A stretch of DNA of 18,944 bases from Octopus sinensis (taxonomy: Eukaryota). Made by a program: the position numbers and the translations under genes. Shown piece after piece: positions 8,841 through 18,944 of the stretch (positions within the stretch are counted from its first letter, which is position 1; the number at the start of each line of letters is the position of its first letter). The stretch spans positions 1 through 18,944 of the forward strand of contig NW_021824309.1 in assembly GCF_006345805.1 (NCBI RefSeq), read 5' to 3'. Below the pieces are notes generated by a model. It was not told the DNA's origin. It made no database searches and was given only the letters and a program-made list of their open reading frames with translations.

Positions 8841-9199
8841 CGACCAATTAAAGGCTGGGAACAAGATCTATTTAAATTTCTGACCCTTAAAATACCACAT
8901 TTACGTTGTGCCAAACCATTACGGCCATAAATATTATAGTGCTGTATATATAGTAAAGTGGAATGGTGTTGATGGTGGGAATGTAGGATTCATGGTGATG
9001 GTGGTGACGGTGGAGATGGCGCTGATATTCGGTTTTATTTTTTTGGTTTGTAGTCATGTCACCCCTCGCTATTTCTCGACATTCTGACCACGACTGTGTG
9101 TCCATGTGTGAGAGGAGGGGGTGAGAGAGAGAGAAGGTGGGAGAGAAAAGAGCGGAACAGATGAAATGATAGAGTAATGATATGGATAGAATGATATGT

Positions 9200-9204
9200 A
9201 GGCA

Positions 9205-9259
<55 letters not shown>

Positions 9260-9465
9260 TTTGTGTGTGAGTGTGTGTGTACGCGCACATCTGCATATGT
9301 ACGTACACATATACGCTTTATATATATATATATAAAGATCTATACATGCATATATGCATACATACATACATACATACATACATACATACATACATACATA
9401 CATACATACATACATACATTCGTACACACACACACACACACACACAAACGCACATACATATACAC
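9200..9465. repeat. (TA)n, (TG)n, (TACA)n, (CA)n microsatellite cluster
   Basis: Direct inspection. Confidence 0.95.
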
Positions 9466-9659
9466 ACGGAGACGACGGCTGGAAAGAAAGACTGAACGAC
9501 AGACGGACTGTGTTTGAATATCTCAGCCGCAAATCTGTTTGTTCAGTGGACGTAGTCTGCACTCGTGTCATCCGTAATTATCCAAAGTAAACAATCTGAA
9601 AGGTTTTGCGAAATTTTTCTAATGGCACTGCTCTTATTGTTCATCCGCAATTTGATAGA

Positions 9660-9699
9660 CACATACATACATACATACATACATACATACATACATACA

Positions 9700-9733
<34 letters not shown>

Positions 9734-9813
9734 CACAAGCATATACGCTCATCTCTCTCTTACTCTGTATATATATCTATATATATATATAATATATATA
9801 TATATATATAATA

Positions 9814-9846
<33 letters not shown>

Positions 9847-10000
9847 CTATAAATATATATATATATATATATATGTCTATATATATATTATATATATATT
9901 ATATATATAATATAATAATATATATATATATATATATATATCTATATATATATATATAATAATATATATATCTATATATATATATATATATATATATGCA
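9660..10000. repeat. (TACA)n followed by long degenerate (TA)n
   Basis: Direct inspection. Confidence 0.95.
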
Positions 10001-12182
10001 TATTGATAGATAAGTAGATACGACATGTTTGTAGATTACTAGATAGATATGTCAGTAACATTCCTAAACTGCTATCGAATTATTTCTTGTGTATCTTCAA
10101 GACATAAAACACACTTTTCCCTGATAGACGTACGAAAGCAGCAATGTTTTTTTTTTTCATGTGCACTTTAATTTGAACCCAGGCTAATAGAAATATAAAA
10201 AAATCCCTCCGTGTAGGAATAAAAACATCCTCTATATATGTGGAAATTGCAGAAGCTACTTACAGGATGTTGCAAGCTCTTGTCCTCGTGGTCATTGCAG
10301 CTATCATTATGTTGGAAATCTTCCCGTACTTTTATCAGGCACGTCAGGGTCATCAACATTTCGCCCTTCAACCAGTGCATTTCGCGTGAGTGGAGCAACG
10401 AGGAAGGGATTAACCTTCGCTAGCAAAAAAGTTCCAATTGCAGTCTCGTGAAAACCAGAACCAGCTTCAACTAGTTTCAGTTACCAAGGTGTTTCAGTTA
10501 CCAAGGAAATAGCGTTCTGATCTTGCTGGAAAAAAAGTGGACTGACATCCGTCGACAAGAGTTTCATCTAGCGAGTCTTGGTATATGGCTTACTTCATTA
10601 CGTGAGATATGACAAGTTTCTTCTCCAAGAGTTTCTTCGGTTGCTATGATCGTTTTTATGTTTCTGGATTCCATGAACATGCCTGGTCGGAGCAATGTCA
10701 CTGCTACCTTTTCTCGAAAGAGGTGCCTCCCCTTTCAGATCTGCTTGAAAGTTCTTGTTAGAGGTTCTATGCAAAATAGAAAACGGGTTCTCCACAGGCG
10801 CGTTTGTCTTAGGGGCTTTATAAATTCCCTTTAGGAATATGATGCTTTTGCGTATTGATGTCTGCCGTTTGGTAGTCTTAGCTCTTTGCAGCCCCTCCTT
10901 CTTTGCAACTTCTGTATGGACCTTGTTATGCATCCCCTTACATCGGCCTTCTAGAACCTAGGTCAAGCTGGGGTTCATGATGTAAAGATTTGCTTCACGA
11001 TTTCTACAGAATAGGTTTTCTTTGACCCAGATTTTAAGGTTATTTGAGGTTAGCAAGAGGTCAGCGACAGCATACTGATGGAAGGAAAATTTTCCCCAGC
11101 TCTACTCTTAATCGTCGCTCAAGTGCCAGATAGAGAGCAAGAACTACTGTCGGTTGATTCTCAGATCCTTGGCACTGTGAATTTTCTCTTGTCCCTGGCA
11201 TTGGCATATTTTCACCTCCCAGTGCTCTAGTTATTAAACCCTAACTGCCCTTAACAGAGTAACTCGACAGTCTTTAAGTACTTCTCGTACGATTCTGCTT
11301 CCTTTAATGTCCAGGAACTTCCATTTTCTGCTGCTCATTATTGATGGTTGTTGTATCTGACTTTGCATCATGAGATGGTGGCAATGTACTCATTGCTTTT
11401 AACCAGATTCGCTTTGATTTCTTCCACCACTAATGGAATTGATAAGCAGAAATTAATGGCCATGCTCTAGACCGAGCTGAAAGTTAAGGAGAACGCATAG
11501 GCGCTTTCGCATAAATTTACTGCACAGTATACCCACTGCCTTCACCTGAGCCTTGGAGAAGTTATAATGCAAGAATGGCCATTCCAATTTGAGTTTGATG
11601 ACATAGAGGAAGCACCATACCTTAAACCATCCAAGTGGCTCGCTTTGAACCATTTGTTTATTTGGTCTTTAACAGATATGGCGTTGCCGTTATCATTCAG
11701 GATTCTCACATAATTCTTCCTTAGGTATCGGATTCCTTTTTCCAGGTTTTTTGGAATCTCAGATCTCTGAATACTCAAATTGTTACTTGTCAGCCGTCCT
11801 TTCAGGTTCCTTAGCCTATGAGATTACTCTGGGTTAGCTTCTATATATATCCATGCGTCTATTTTTCCCAGTGACCTGGGAGTCTGCTGCGTTTTTTTTT
11901 TTGACCGACAGTATTATAACTGTTATGTTGTCCACAAATCAGAGCATCAAAATCACTGAATTCTAGATTTCTTGATTCCAAAAAGGCAGAATATTTTTTC
12001 TAATAATTCAATATATATCCATAAAGGCCCTTCAGACTGTATACCACGTATTATCATTTTCCATCTCGAGTATTAAGTTCTTGGCAATCACGAACAGGGC
12101 TAAAAGTATTGGTCACCCTGCCATAATGTCCTTTGTGAGTCTCTGCCATTCCGTGGCAAAATTCCCTATAGTAAACATTATA

Positions 12183-12278
12183 CATTATTTACATTATTTA
12201 CATTTGACGGGAATATGGCGTAGTGGTTAAGAGCGCGGCTACTAACCCCAAGATTCCGAGTTCGATTCCAGGCAGTGG

Positions 12279-12341
<63 letters not shown>

Positions 12342-12389
12342 TAATAATAATCAATGTCACTTTGATGGCATGCATTGCTCTCTCACTCA

Positions 12390-12424
<35 letters not shown>

Positions 12425-12599
12425 AAAATACCTTAGGAATGAGAACCTAGGTTCGAAATTTCCCCGAGACATCTGTTGAAGGCTGGAGGGTATATCAGCC
12501 GAAACGTTGTGTTAACAACAAACAAGATGAGGACAAATATCCGTCAAATGTAAATAATGTAAATAATGTACATAATTCCTCATCTCTTAAATATAGAAG
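12183..12599 (+). mobile_element. tRNA-headed, hammerhead-containing short retroelement with a 5' inverted terminal piece
   Basis: A box TGGCGTAGTGG (12216-26); B box GTTCGATTCC (12260-69); (AAT)n and (TGA)n runs; hammerhead-like motif 12468-12513; perfect 30-bp inverted repeat 12181-12210 / 12541-12570; TSD agtaaaYattata at 12170-82 and 12600-12. Confidence 0.8.
12468..12513 (+). ncRNA. Minimal type I hammerhead ribozyme, catalytic core mutated in this copy
   Basis: Helix I gacat/gtgtt; core CTGTTGA (A6 changed to T relative to CTGANGA) plus an extra A; helix II ggctg/cagcc; GAAA; palindromic AACGTT; GTT triplet ending at 12508. Confidence 0.65.
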
Positions 12600-12991
12600 A
12601 GTAAATATTATATTCAGCGAAACCACGTACGATATCATAAGCTTGATGACTGCCGTTGCTTGATGGTCCTTCAATACGCTTTGCATTTGATTGCGGAGCA
12701 CACTTGGATAGGTTTTGGCGAAATCTAAATGTATTGCTGAGAGCGTGAAGTTGTTCCTCTTTGCCTCCTTAAAGATGTGACTGATTGCAGGTGTATATTC
12801 AAGGCAACCAGAGTAGCCTGAGGCTCCGCCTTTGGGGGTATTCTTGCCCAAGCATGTGTTACCGCGGGGATGCGTATAATGGTGGTTATTGCTGCAATGG
12901 AGGTAGAGATGGTGAAGGTAATAGTGGTGTTGGTTTTACAGATGGTGAATATCACTAACGTGATTATAGTGGTGAAGGTAGTGGTGGTATT

Positions 12992-13222
12992 GGTGGTAGC
13001 TGGCAGAAACGTTAGCACGCCAGGCGAAATGCTTAGCGGTATTTCGTCTGTCTTTACGTTCTGAGTTCAAATTCCGCCGAAGTCGACTTTGCCTTTCATC
13101 CTTTCGGGGACGATAAATTAAGTACCAGTTACGCACTGGGGTCGATGAAATCGACTTAATATCTATGTCTGTCCTTGTTTGTCCCCTCTGTGTTTAGCCC
13201 CTTGTGGGTAATAAAGAAATAG
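12992..13222 (+). mobile_element. Near full-length tRNA-derived SINE (Octopus OK-like; Nin/Deu-type core)
   Basis: Head ggtggtagctggcagaaacgttagc, B-box-like gagttcaaattcc, core gcctttcatcctttcggggacgataaattaagtaccag, tail aataaagaaatag; homologous to 6170-6353. Confidence 0.88.
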
Positions 13223-13224
13223 GT

Positions 13225-13865
13225 ATTGGTGGTAGTGTTCCTGGTGTTCTGGTTGGTAGTGGTAGCAGGATGGTAGTGTGGCTATTGTTGTTGTTGTTGG
13301 TGGCGGTGACGGAGATGATGGTGGTGATATTGGTGATGGTAGCATTGGTGATGGTAGCATTGGTGGTGGCAGTCTTAGTGTTAGTGGTGATGACAATGGC
13401 GATTATGATGGTAGTGTTGGTGTTGGTGGTGACGATAGAGTTGATAGTAGTGGTAGGGTTGGTGTTAGTGGTGGTGGTTATGGTAGTTGCGGAGGCGATG
13501 GTAGTCTTGTTATTATAGGTGGTGGTGGTTTTGGTGGTAGTGGTGTTAGTTTTGGTGGTGGTTGTGGTGATTGTAGTTGTGATGATAGTTGTGGTGGTAG
13601 TGGCTGTGATGATAGTTCTGGTGGTAGTGGTGGTAGTGATGATGCTAATAGTGGTGGTGGTTGTGGTGGTGCGGGTGGTAGTGATGGTGTTATTGTTGTT
13701 GTTGGTGGTGGTGGTGGTGGTGGTAGTGGCGAACGTGGTTGTGGTTGTGGTGGTGGTGGTGGTAGTGATTGTGTTGGTATTGGCGGTGGTGATAATGGTG
13801 GTGATGGTGGTGTTGGTAGTGGTGAAGGTGGTGATGGTGACGGTGATGGTGGTGGTGATGAAGAA
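13225..13865. repeat. Degenerate (GGT)n/(GAT)n/(AGT)n low-complexity block
   Basis: G/T-rich triplet mosaic; open in several frames (poly-Val, poly-Gly, poly-His). Confidence 0.9.
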
Positions 13866-14159
13866 AATCCAAGATACGGCTGGTGCTAAGCTGGAGACAG
13901 AGACCCAGTTAAGACCCAGTTAATTAGGTAAAAGTACATATAAGGACTTAACTTCATTAGGTAAACTGCAGATAATGAAGGATTCCTTCAGCCCGACCCC
14001 CACCGCACCCAAATCTATCCCTAAATAAACACCCACTAACCCCTAAACTTAACCTTTACACAAGCCCCACCCCCCAATCCCAGTTCTTTCTGGCAAGTCA
14101 AACAGTGGACAGATGTTCAATGAAAGAAATGGTAATAAACGGAAGGGAGGGTATGGGTT

Positions 14160-14985
14160 ATAGGGGGTGGTGGTGGTAGGTGCCGGTGATAGGGATTTTG
14201 GTGGTGGTTGTGGTGGCGACGGTGATGGTGATGGTGGTGATAGTGGTGGTGATGGTGGTGGTAGTCGTTGTCGTGGTAGGCATAGTCGTTGTCGTGAGAA
14301 CGAGGGTGGCGGTGTTGGTGGTAGTTTGGTGGTGGCTGTGGTAATGGTGTTGATGGTGGGTTCGCGGTTGTGGTTTTTGACGTTTTAGTGGTAGCGGTAG
14401 TGGTGAAAATAGTTGTGGTAGTAATGGTTGTAGTAGTAGTTTTGGTGGTGGTGGTGGTGGCGGCGGCGGCGATGGTGATGGCGGCGGGTGTGATGGTGGT
14501 GGTGGTGATGGTCGTGGTAGCCGTCGTTATATGCTGATGGTGGTTTGGTGGTGTCGGTGGTAGTGGTGTTGATGGTGAGTTGGTGGTAGTGGTGGAGATT
14601 TTGGTATTAGCGATGGTGGTCGTGGTAGTCATGGTTGCTGTGGCGGCAGTAGTGGAAATGGTTGTGGTGGTGGTGGTGGTTGCAGTGGTGGTCGTGGTGA
14701 TGGTGGAGGTGGTTGTGTTAGTCTTGTCGGCATTTATAGTAGTTTGGTGGTGACAGTTTTGGTGGTTGTGGTGCAGGTAGTAGTAGAAGGGGCTGCATCA
14801 CAACCACAATCACCACAACCATAGTAATGAAGGCGGGGTTATTAGTGGTAGGGGTTATAGTGGAGTTTTGGTAGCGGTAGTGGTTATGATGGTAGTGGTA
14901 ATAGTAGAGGAAGTTGTGGTGGTGATGGTGATGGCAGAGGGGGTAATGACGGCAATGGCGATTGTAGTGATTCTTGTTGTCATCA
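14160..14985. repeat. Second degenerate (GGT)n low-complexity block
   Basis: Same composition and strand bias as 13225-13865. Confidence 0.9.
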
Positions 14986-14987
14986 TA

Positions 14988-15175
14988 TTTTAACCCCAGA
15001 AGGCTTAAAGCCCTCCATAGCTAAAGGCCCTCCATGACTAAAGGCCCTCCAAGGATAAACGCCCTCCATGGATAAAGGGATAAAGGCCTTCCAAGGTCCA
15101 CATGACCCTTCGGGCTCCGTATAAGATTTGTTAAAATTTATGCGCAAGAAATCGGTTATACTTCTACAATACACA

Positions 15176-15208
<33 letters not shown>

Positions 15209-15332
15209 ATTCCTAATATTTAATTATAAAAATATGATAGAATTCATTTTAAGCATTGAATGGTTATGTCGGTTCACTTAAGTAAAATAGGAATCAAAAG
15301 GGTCCACAGGTAAAAATGGTTGAAAACCACTG
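14988..15332 (-). mobile_element. Probable hAT-type MITE remnant
   Basis: Terminus CAGTGGTTTTCAACC on the - strand (15318-15332) resembles Charlie/hAT termini; subterminal GTGGACC motifs at ~15095 and ~15301; the opposite end is only a partial match (ttttaacccc, ~14988). Confidence 0.5.
15002..15094. repeat. 17-bp minisatellite, five units plus one partial
   Basis: Units ggcttaaagccctccat, agctaaaggccctccat, gactaaaggccctccaa, ggataaacgccctccat, ggataaag (partial), ggataaaggccttccaa. Confidence 0.92.
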
Positions 15333-15580
15333 GTTTGTACATCAATATTTCTAATGACAAACGTAGAGAGTTTGTTAGTTGAATGAATGAAAATGTAAAT
15401 AGTAGTATTGGCAGTAGAAAACAGTAAGAGGAGACAGAGTGTTGATATGTTAGCAATGTGAGGTAAGTATTGGACAGAGTAGGTGTGGTGTATCATTAGA
15501 TATAGTAGAGGATATACAGAATAATGGGTAGAATATGCATATACATACATACATATATATATATATATTATATGCTGATA

Positions 15581-15865
15581 CCCCATTCCGGTCATGATTG
15601 ACCACGGGATTGCGCCTAGAAAGTTAACCTCTCAGTCCGAGCAAGGTAGTTTATGGAAGACCAGCAATCGCACATGCATACCAGCCGTCCCTCTCCACGC
15701 CACCAATGTTATCCAAGGAAAAGGCAAAGGCCGATACAACTTGGCACCAGCAACGTGAAATAAAGTGTATTGCTCAAGAACACAGCACGCACCCTGGTCC
15801 GGGATTCGACCTCACAACCTCATAATCGTAAGCTTGACGCTCTAACCACTGAGCCATGCGACTTC
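15581..15865 (-). mobile_element. tRNA-derived CORE-type SINE, same family as 6908-7192, with intact head and an internal deletion
   Basis: - strand: A box tggctcagtgg, B box ggtcgaatccc, then the body shared with the 6908 copy; about 38 nt missing between cacgttgct and ggtgccaag. Confidence 0.88.
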
Positions 15866-16272
15866 ACACACACACACATACATATAAGCGGGATGACCAC
15901 TACATGGACATCCATTATGCTAGAAGTAGATCCGCTAGGGTCATACCACTAAGGAAGCAATGTTCTCAAGAAAAATTTAGCAAACGCCAGAACGCAAGCG
16001 AGCAAGACAAATGCAAAGAAACAAAATGTAGATTAATCATAAACTGATTTCGCTATTAACACTTACGCATATTACTTACGTATTTGTCCGTAACTCTTCA
16101 GTATGATCGTCATTGCAAATATAATTTGAAGAACTATACACGAGGCGTTCGCGTGAGATTGAAGATGTATACAGTTCTACCAATTACACTTGGGGTTAAT
16201 CTTTCAAAAGTCTTCATTTCGGCGCGCAAAAATACCGGAAATAATTCTGCAGAAAATAATTCTCTGCAGTGA

Positions 16273-16337
<65 letters not shown>

Positions 16338-16528
16338 TATATATATATATGCGAGAAAGTATCAAAGTTTATTGAAGCTAGAAGTAGAAATATAAATGGT
16401 TTGTAAGTACGTGGGACTTCATTACGTAAACATGATATACAGTAAAGTATACTAAATGTTTTTTTATAAATCAGTACCACGTTCTACTGCATAAGCAATG
16501 CTTCTTATATTAGTATGTTAATTTTATA

Positions 16529-16725
16529 TCTACACATATTCTTTAGAAATCATAACCAGTACCGGTTTTTGCTACAACATTTCGTATCGGGATGTCAGAT
16601 GTAAACAAACAATGAGTTTCTTTTCTGTCCGATCTCATTGTTTGTTTATATATATATGACGCCTCGATACGAAACGTTGTAGCAAAACTCAGTGCTGACT
16701 ATTGTTTCTATGGAATATTTGTAGA
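16529..16725. repeat. ~200-bp imperfect palindrome (long hairpin / MITE-like)
   Basis: Arms 16529-16616 and 16634-16725 with a 17-nt loop; perfect blocks taaacaaacaatgag/ctcattgtttgttta, tttcgtatcg/cgatacgaaa and ttttgctacaac/gttgtagcaaaa. Confidence 0.85.
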
Positions 16726-17087
16726 ACTAACCATAAAAAAAAATAGTAGAAGTACACAGCTGAACGTTGTTCAAAGTTTCCAAGATTCACACTTAGAATA
16801 TAAGATATTTAAAACTAGTGTGAAGAGACTTTAGACATCGGAATATCTACAACAAACACATGGATCCAAAAACACGGGTGTCTAAATAGGGTAGCTTATT
16901 TACACATTTAGTTTACTCTAACCCTGGAGGGACTCCATAAGCTTTAGCCAGATTCGAACCGTTAGACATTCGCTTTGTATTTCAACGACGTGCTCTTGCT
17001 TCAGGAGAGCAACAACTCAATAAAATAACATCTGTTCAAAGATTTAATGCCTGCCATCAGCTATTTAAGAAGTTTATTTCAAACACT

Positions 17088-17395
17088 AATACACACACAC
17101 ACGCGCGCATGCACACACACACACACACACTGACACACGCAGACATACACACACACATACACACGAAGACATACACACACGCGCGCGCGCACAAACACAC
17201 GCATACACACATATATGTATCCATAAATGTATATGTATACATATGTATATATATAAGCATATATATATACATATATATAGATGCATATATATGTATATAT
17301 AATAATATATATATATATATATATACATATATATGTTTACATATGTACATATATAAATATGTATATGTATGCATATATATTTGTATATACGTGTG
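17088..17395. repeat. (CA)n/(CG)n/(TA)n/(TATG)n mosaic
   Basis: Direct inspection. Confidence 0.92.
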
Positions 17396-17694
17396 CTTGA
17401 AGAGCCCTGTATAAAAGCAATCTATTCATTGGGTGATTTTATTTTTAATCCCTAACACGCTATTCTCCTCTTTGTACGCCATTACAAATATTTTCTGAAA
17501 TGAGAATTAGAAACCTTTAATCTTTAATTCTGGATAATTTATTTATTTATTTTTACTTAATCTTTTATATTTGGTTCATGTATTTTTATTATATTTGTTT
17601 CTTCGCCTGTTTCTGTTTATACTTTTATTTTTGAATTTTTCTGTTTGTTTTTCAGATATTTTCAATTTCAGAGAAAGTAAAGAAAGTTAAGATC

Positions 17695-17695
17695 A

Positions 17696-17735
<40 letters not shown>

Positions 17736-17997
17736 GGAAGAGAGAGAGTGAGAGAAATATGTATGTATAATATATGTTATATGAAATACATATATATGTA
17801 TATATACATATACGCATAAATATATATTATTAACTATGCATATATTTGTATGCCTATGTAAAAGCATGTATGCGTGAATGTGTGTATAATAACCCGTATA
17901 CATTGTATATACGAATATAAATATGTGTAATATATGTAAACGTATGATTATATATTATCTAATATATATTATATATTATATGCATGTATGTATTTAC

Positions 17998-18042
<45 letters not shown>

Positions 18043-18536
18043 ATATATACATCATGTAATGCATAAAGTAAAATGTTTATATATATTAAATATATATATA
18101 TATATATTAATTGACCATTCATCGCATACGATATGTATGTATATAAACGTAGATCTCTATATGTATCTGTGTGTGTATGTACATAAATGTATATACATAT
18201 ATACATATTTTTATATATATATACATGTATGCATACACACACAGAAATAAACACGTGCGCACGCACGCACACAAATACATGCTATTACGTATATATGTAA
18301 TAACAGATGGTTGCATATTTTCTATTTTTCGATTTGTGCCTCAATGTGAATAAAATATCGTTGCAAATACAATTCAAATAAGATCCACAGCATATGTATG
18401 TATGTAATATTTATATATGTATGTTCGTACGCATGTATGTATGTATATGTATATAGATAAATATATAGATAGATAGATAGCATATATATGATATATATAT
18501 ATATATCTATAATATATATATATGCATATATATATA

Positions 18537-18581
<45 letters not shown>

Positions 18582-18850
18582 ATATATATACACATACAGA
18601 TATATATATATATGTTGATGCGTATACACACATATAAATGCTTGTATATATGTATAGTAGGATATATATATGTAAATATTATACATGCATATATTTTATA
18701 TACCTAATCTATACGGGTATATGTATTATTCATATATTAAGAGTGTATGCATAATATATATGTAGATAAGTGTGTGTGTGTATGTGTATGTGCGTGTATG
18801 TATAAGTAGATGTATATATAAGTGCCTATACCCACACGGTCACACACGCA
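17695..18850. repeat. Long degenerate (TA)n/(TATG)n/(CA)n/(TG)n low-complexity region
   Basis: Direct inspection; source of the Tyr/Ile pseudo-ORFs. Confidence 0.9.
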
Positions 18851-18944
18851 TACCCTGCCACCCCTATTCTCGTATTTACCCCGGTAATTTAACCACAAAT
18901 TTAAGACAAACAGACGTACACGAAAGAAAAAGAAAAATGAACAG

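Larger units (their letters stand above)
10420..12860 (-). mobile_element. Decayed HERO-like non-LTR retrotransposon (R2 superfamily; RT, degenerate Zn knuckle, restriction-like endonuclease), interrupted at 12183-12599
   Basis: - strand remnants in order: KGGASGYSGCLEYTPAISHIFKEAKR...IHLDFAKTYPSV; FTIGNFATEWQRLTKDIMAG*PI (12116-12175); RAFMD (12017-12031); EIPKNLEKGIRYLRK; GWFKVWCFLYVIKLKLEWPFL (~11570-11632); YAVADLLLTSNNLKIW...EGRCKGMHNKVH; VAVTLLRPGM...PW...IYQD...FFP...FLGN. These parallel the HERO-clade motifs WQRLEKGI, RAFMDD, GKFKxW, YDVLPSPSNL, GRYRWRHDQVL and LRPD...ELTVPWE. Many stops and frameshifts. 3' UTR may extend to ~10300. Confidence 0.82.

Noticed and set aside
10320-10400. 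Possible ribozyme in the HERO 3' UTR (- strand ...gggcgaaatgttgatgaccctgacg...)
   Set aside because: Core motifs are incomplete and out of order.
12215-12282. tRNA gene calls for the SINE heads (also 8453, 12992, 15865)
   Set aside because: A and B boxes are present but there is no complete cloverleaf or acceptor stem, and each continues into a repeat body.
13278-13889. 203-aa Gly/Asp/Cys-rich ORF resembling a structural (beak- or cuticle-like) protein
   Set aside because: Lies in a degenerate (GGT)n block that is open in several frames, starts at GTG just after a SINE, and shows no signal peptide or defined repeat module.
13901-13922. 11-bp tandem duplication agacccagtta
   Set aside because: An isolated small duplication with no associated element.
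14030-14060. Telomere-like or Helentron-like ctaacccctaaacttaacc
   Set aside because: Too short and degenerate; no associated subterminal structure found.
14117-14632. Thr/Pro/His-rich mucin-like ORF on the - strand
   Set aside because: Translation of the reverse complement of (GGT)n low-complexity sequence; TTG start.
15002-15094. CRISPR-like appearance of regularly spaced repeats
   Set aside because: Units are contiguous with no unique spacers, there are no cas genes, and the context is eukaryotic.
16065-16108. Hammerhead look-alike on the - strand (CTGAAGA-gtt-acg-gac-aaa-tacgta)
   Set aside because: G12 of GAAA is missing, the helix II loop is only 3 nt, and helices I and III cannot be formed consistently.

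Overview
Eukaryotic, repeat-saturated intronic/intergenic DNA, most likely from an octopus: the SINE and mariner families resemble Octopus repeats as I recall them, and microsatellite density is extreme. No intact host gene is supported; almost all ORFs in the track are translations of simple repeats. Recognisable elements are an internally deleted mariner (2881-3750, -), a 5'-truncated CR1-group LINE (3771-6040, +) broken only by small indels, a decayed HERO-like (R2-superfamily, RT+RLE) retrotransposon (~10420-12860, -), five tRNA-derived SINE copies, a probable hAT-type MITE and a ~200-bp palindrome. The most interesting signal is two unrelated small non-coding elements that each carry a minimal type I hammerhead ribozyme of the kind associated with Penelope-like elements, and each has an inverted copy of internal sequence at its 5' side. 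One is a 352-bp tandem retrozyme-like unit (7829-8340, ribozyme 8135-8179). The other is a tRNA-headed, Pol III-type element (12183-12599, mutated ribozyme 12468-12513) inserted with a 13-bp TSD into the HERO RT. A 36-nt piece of the second element also sits inside the mariner TIR. All family assignments come from motif recognition by eye, not database searches.
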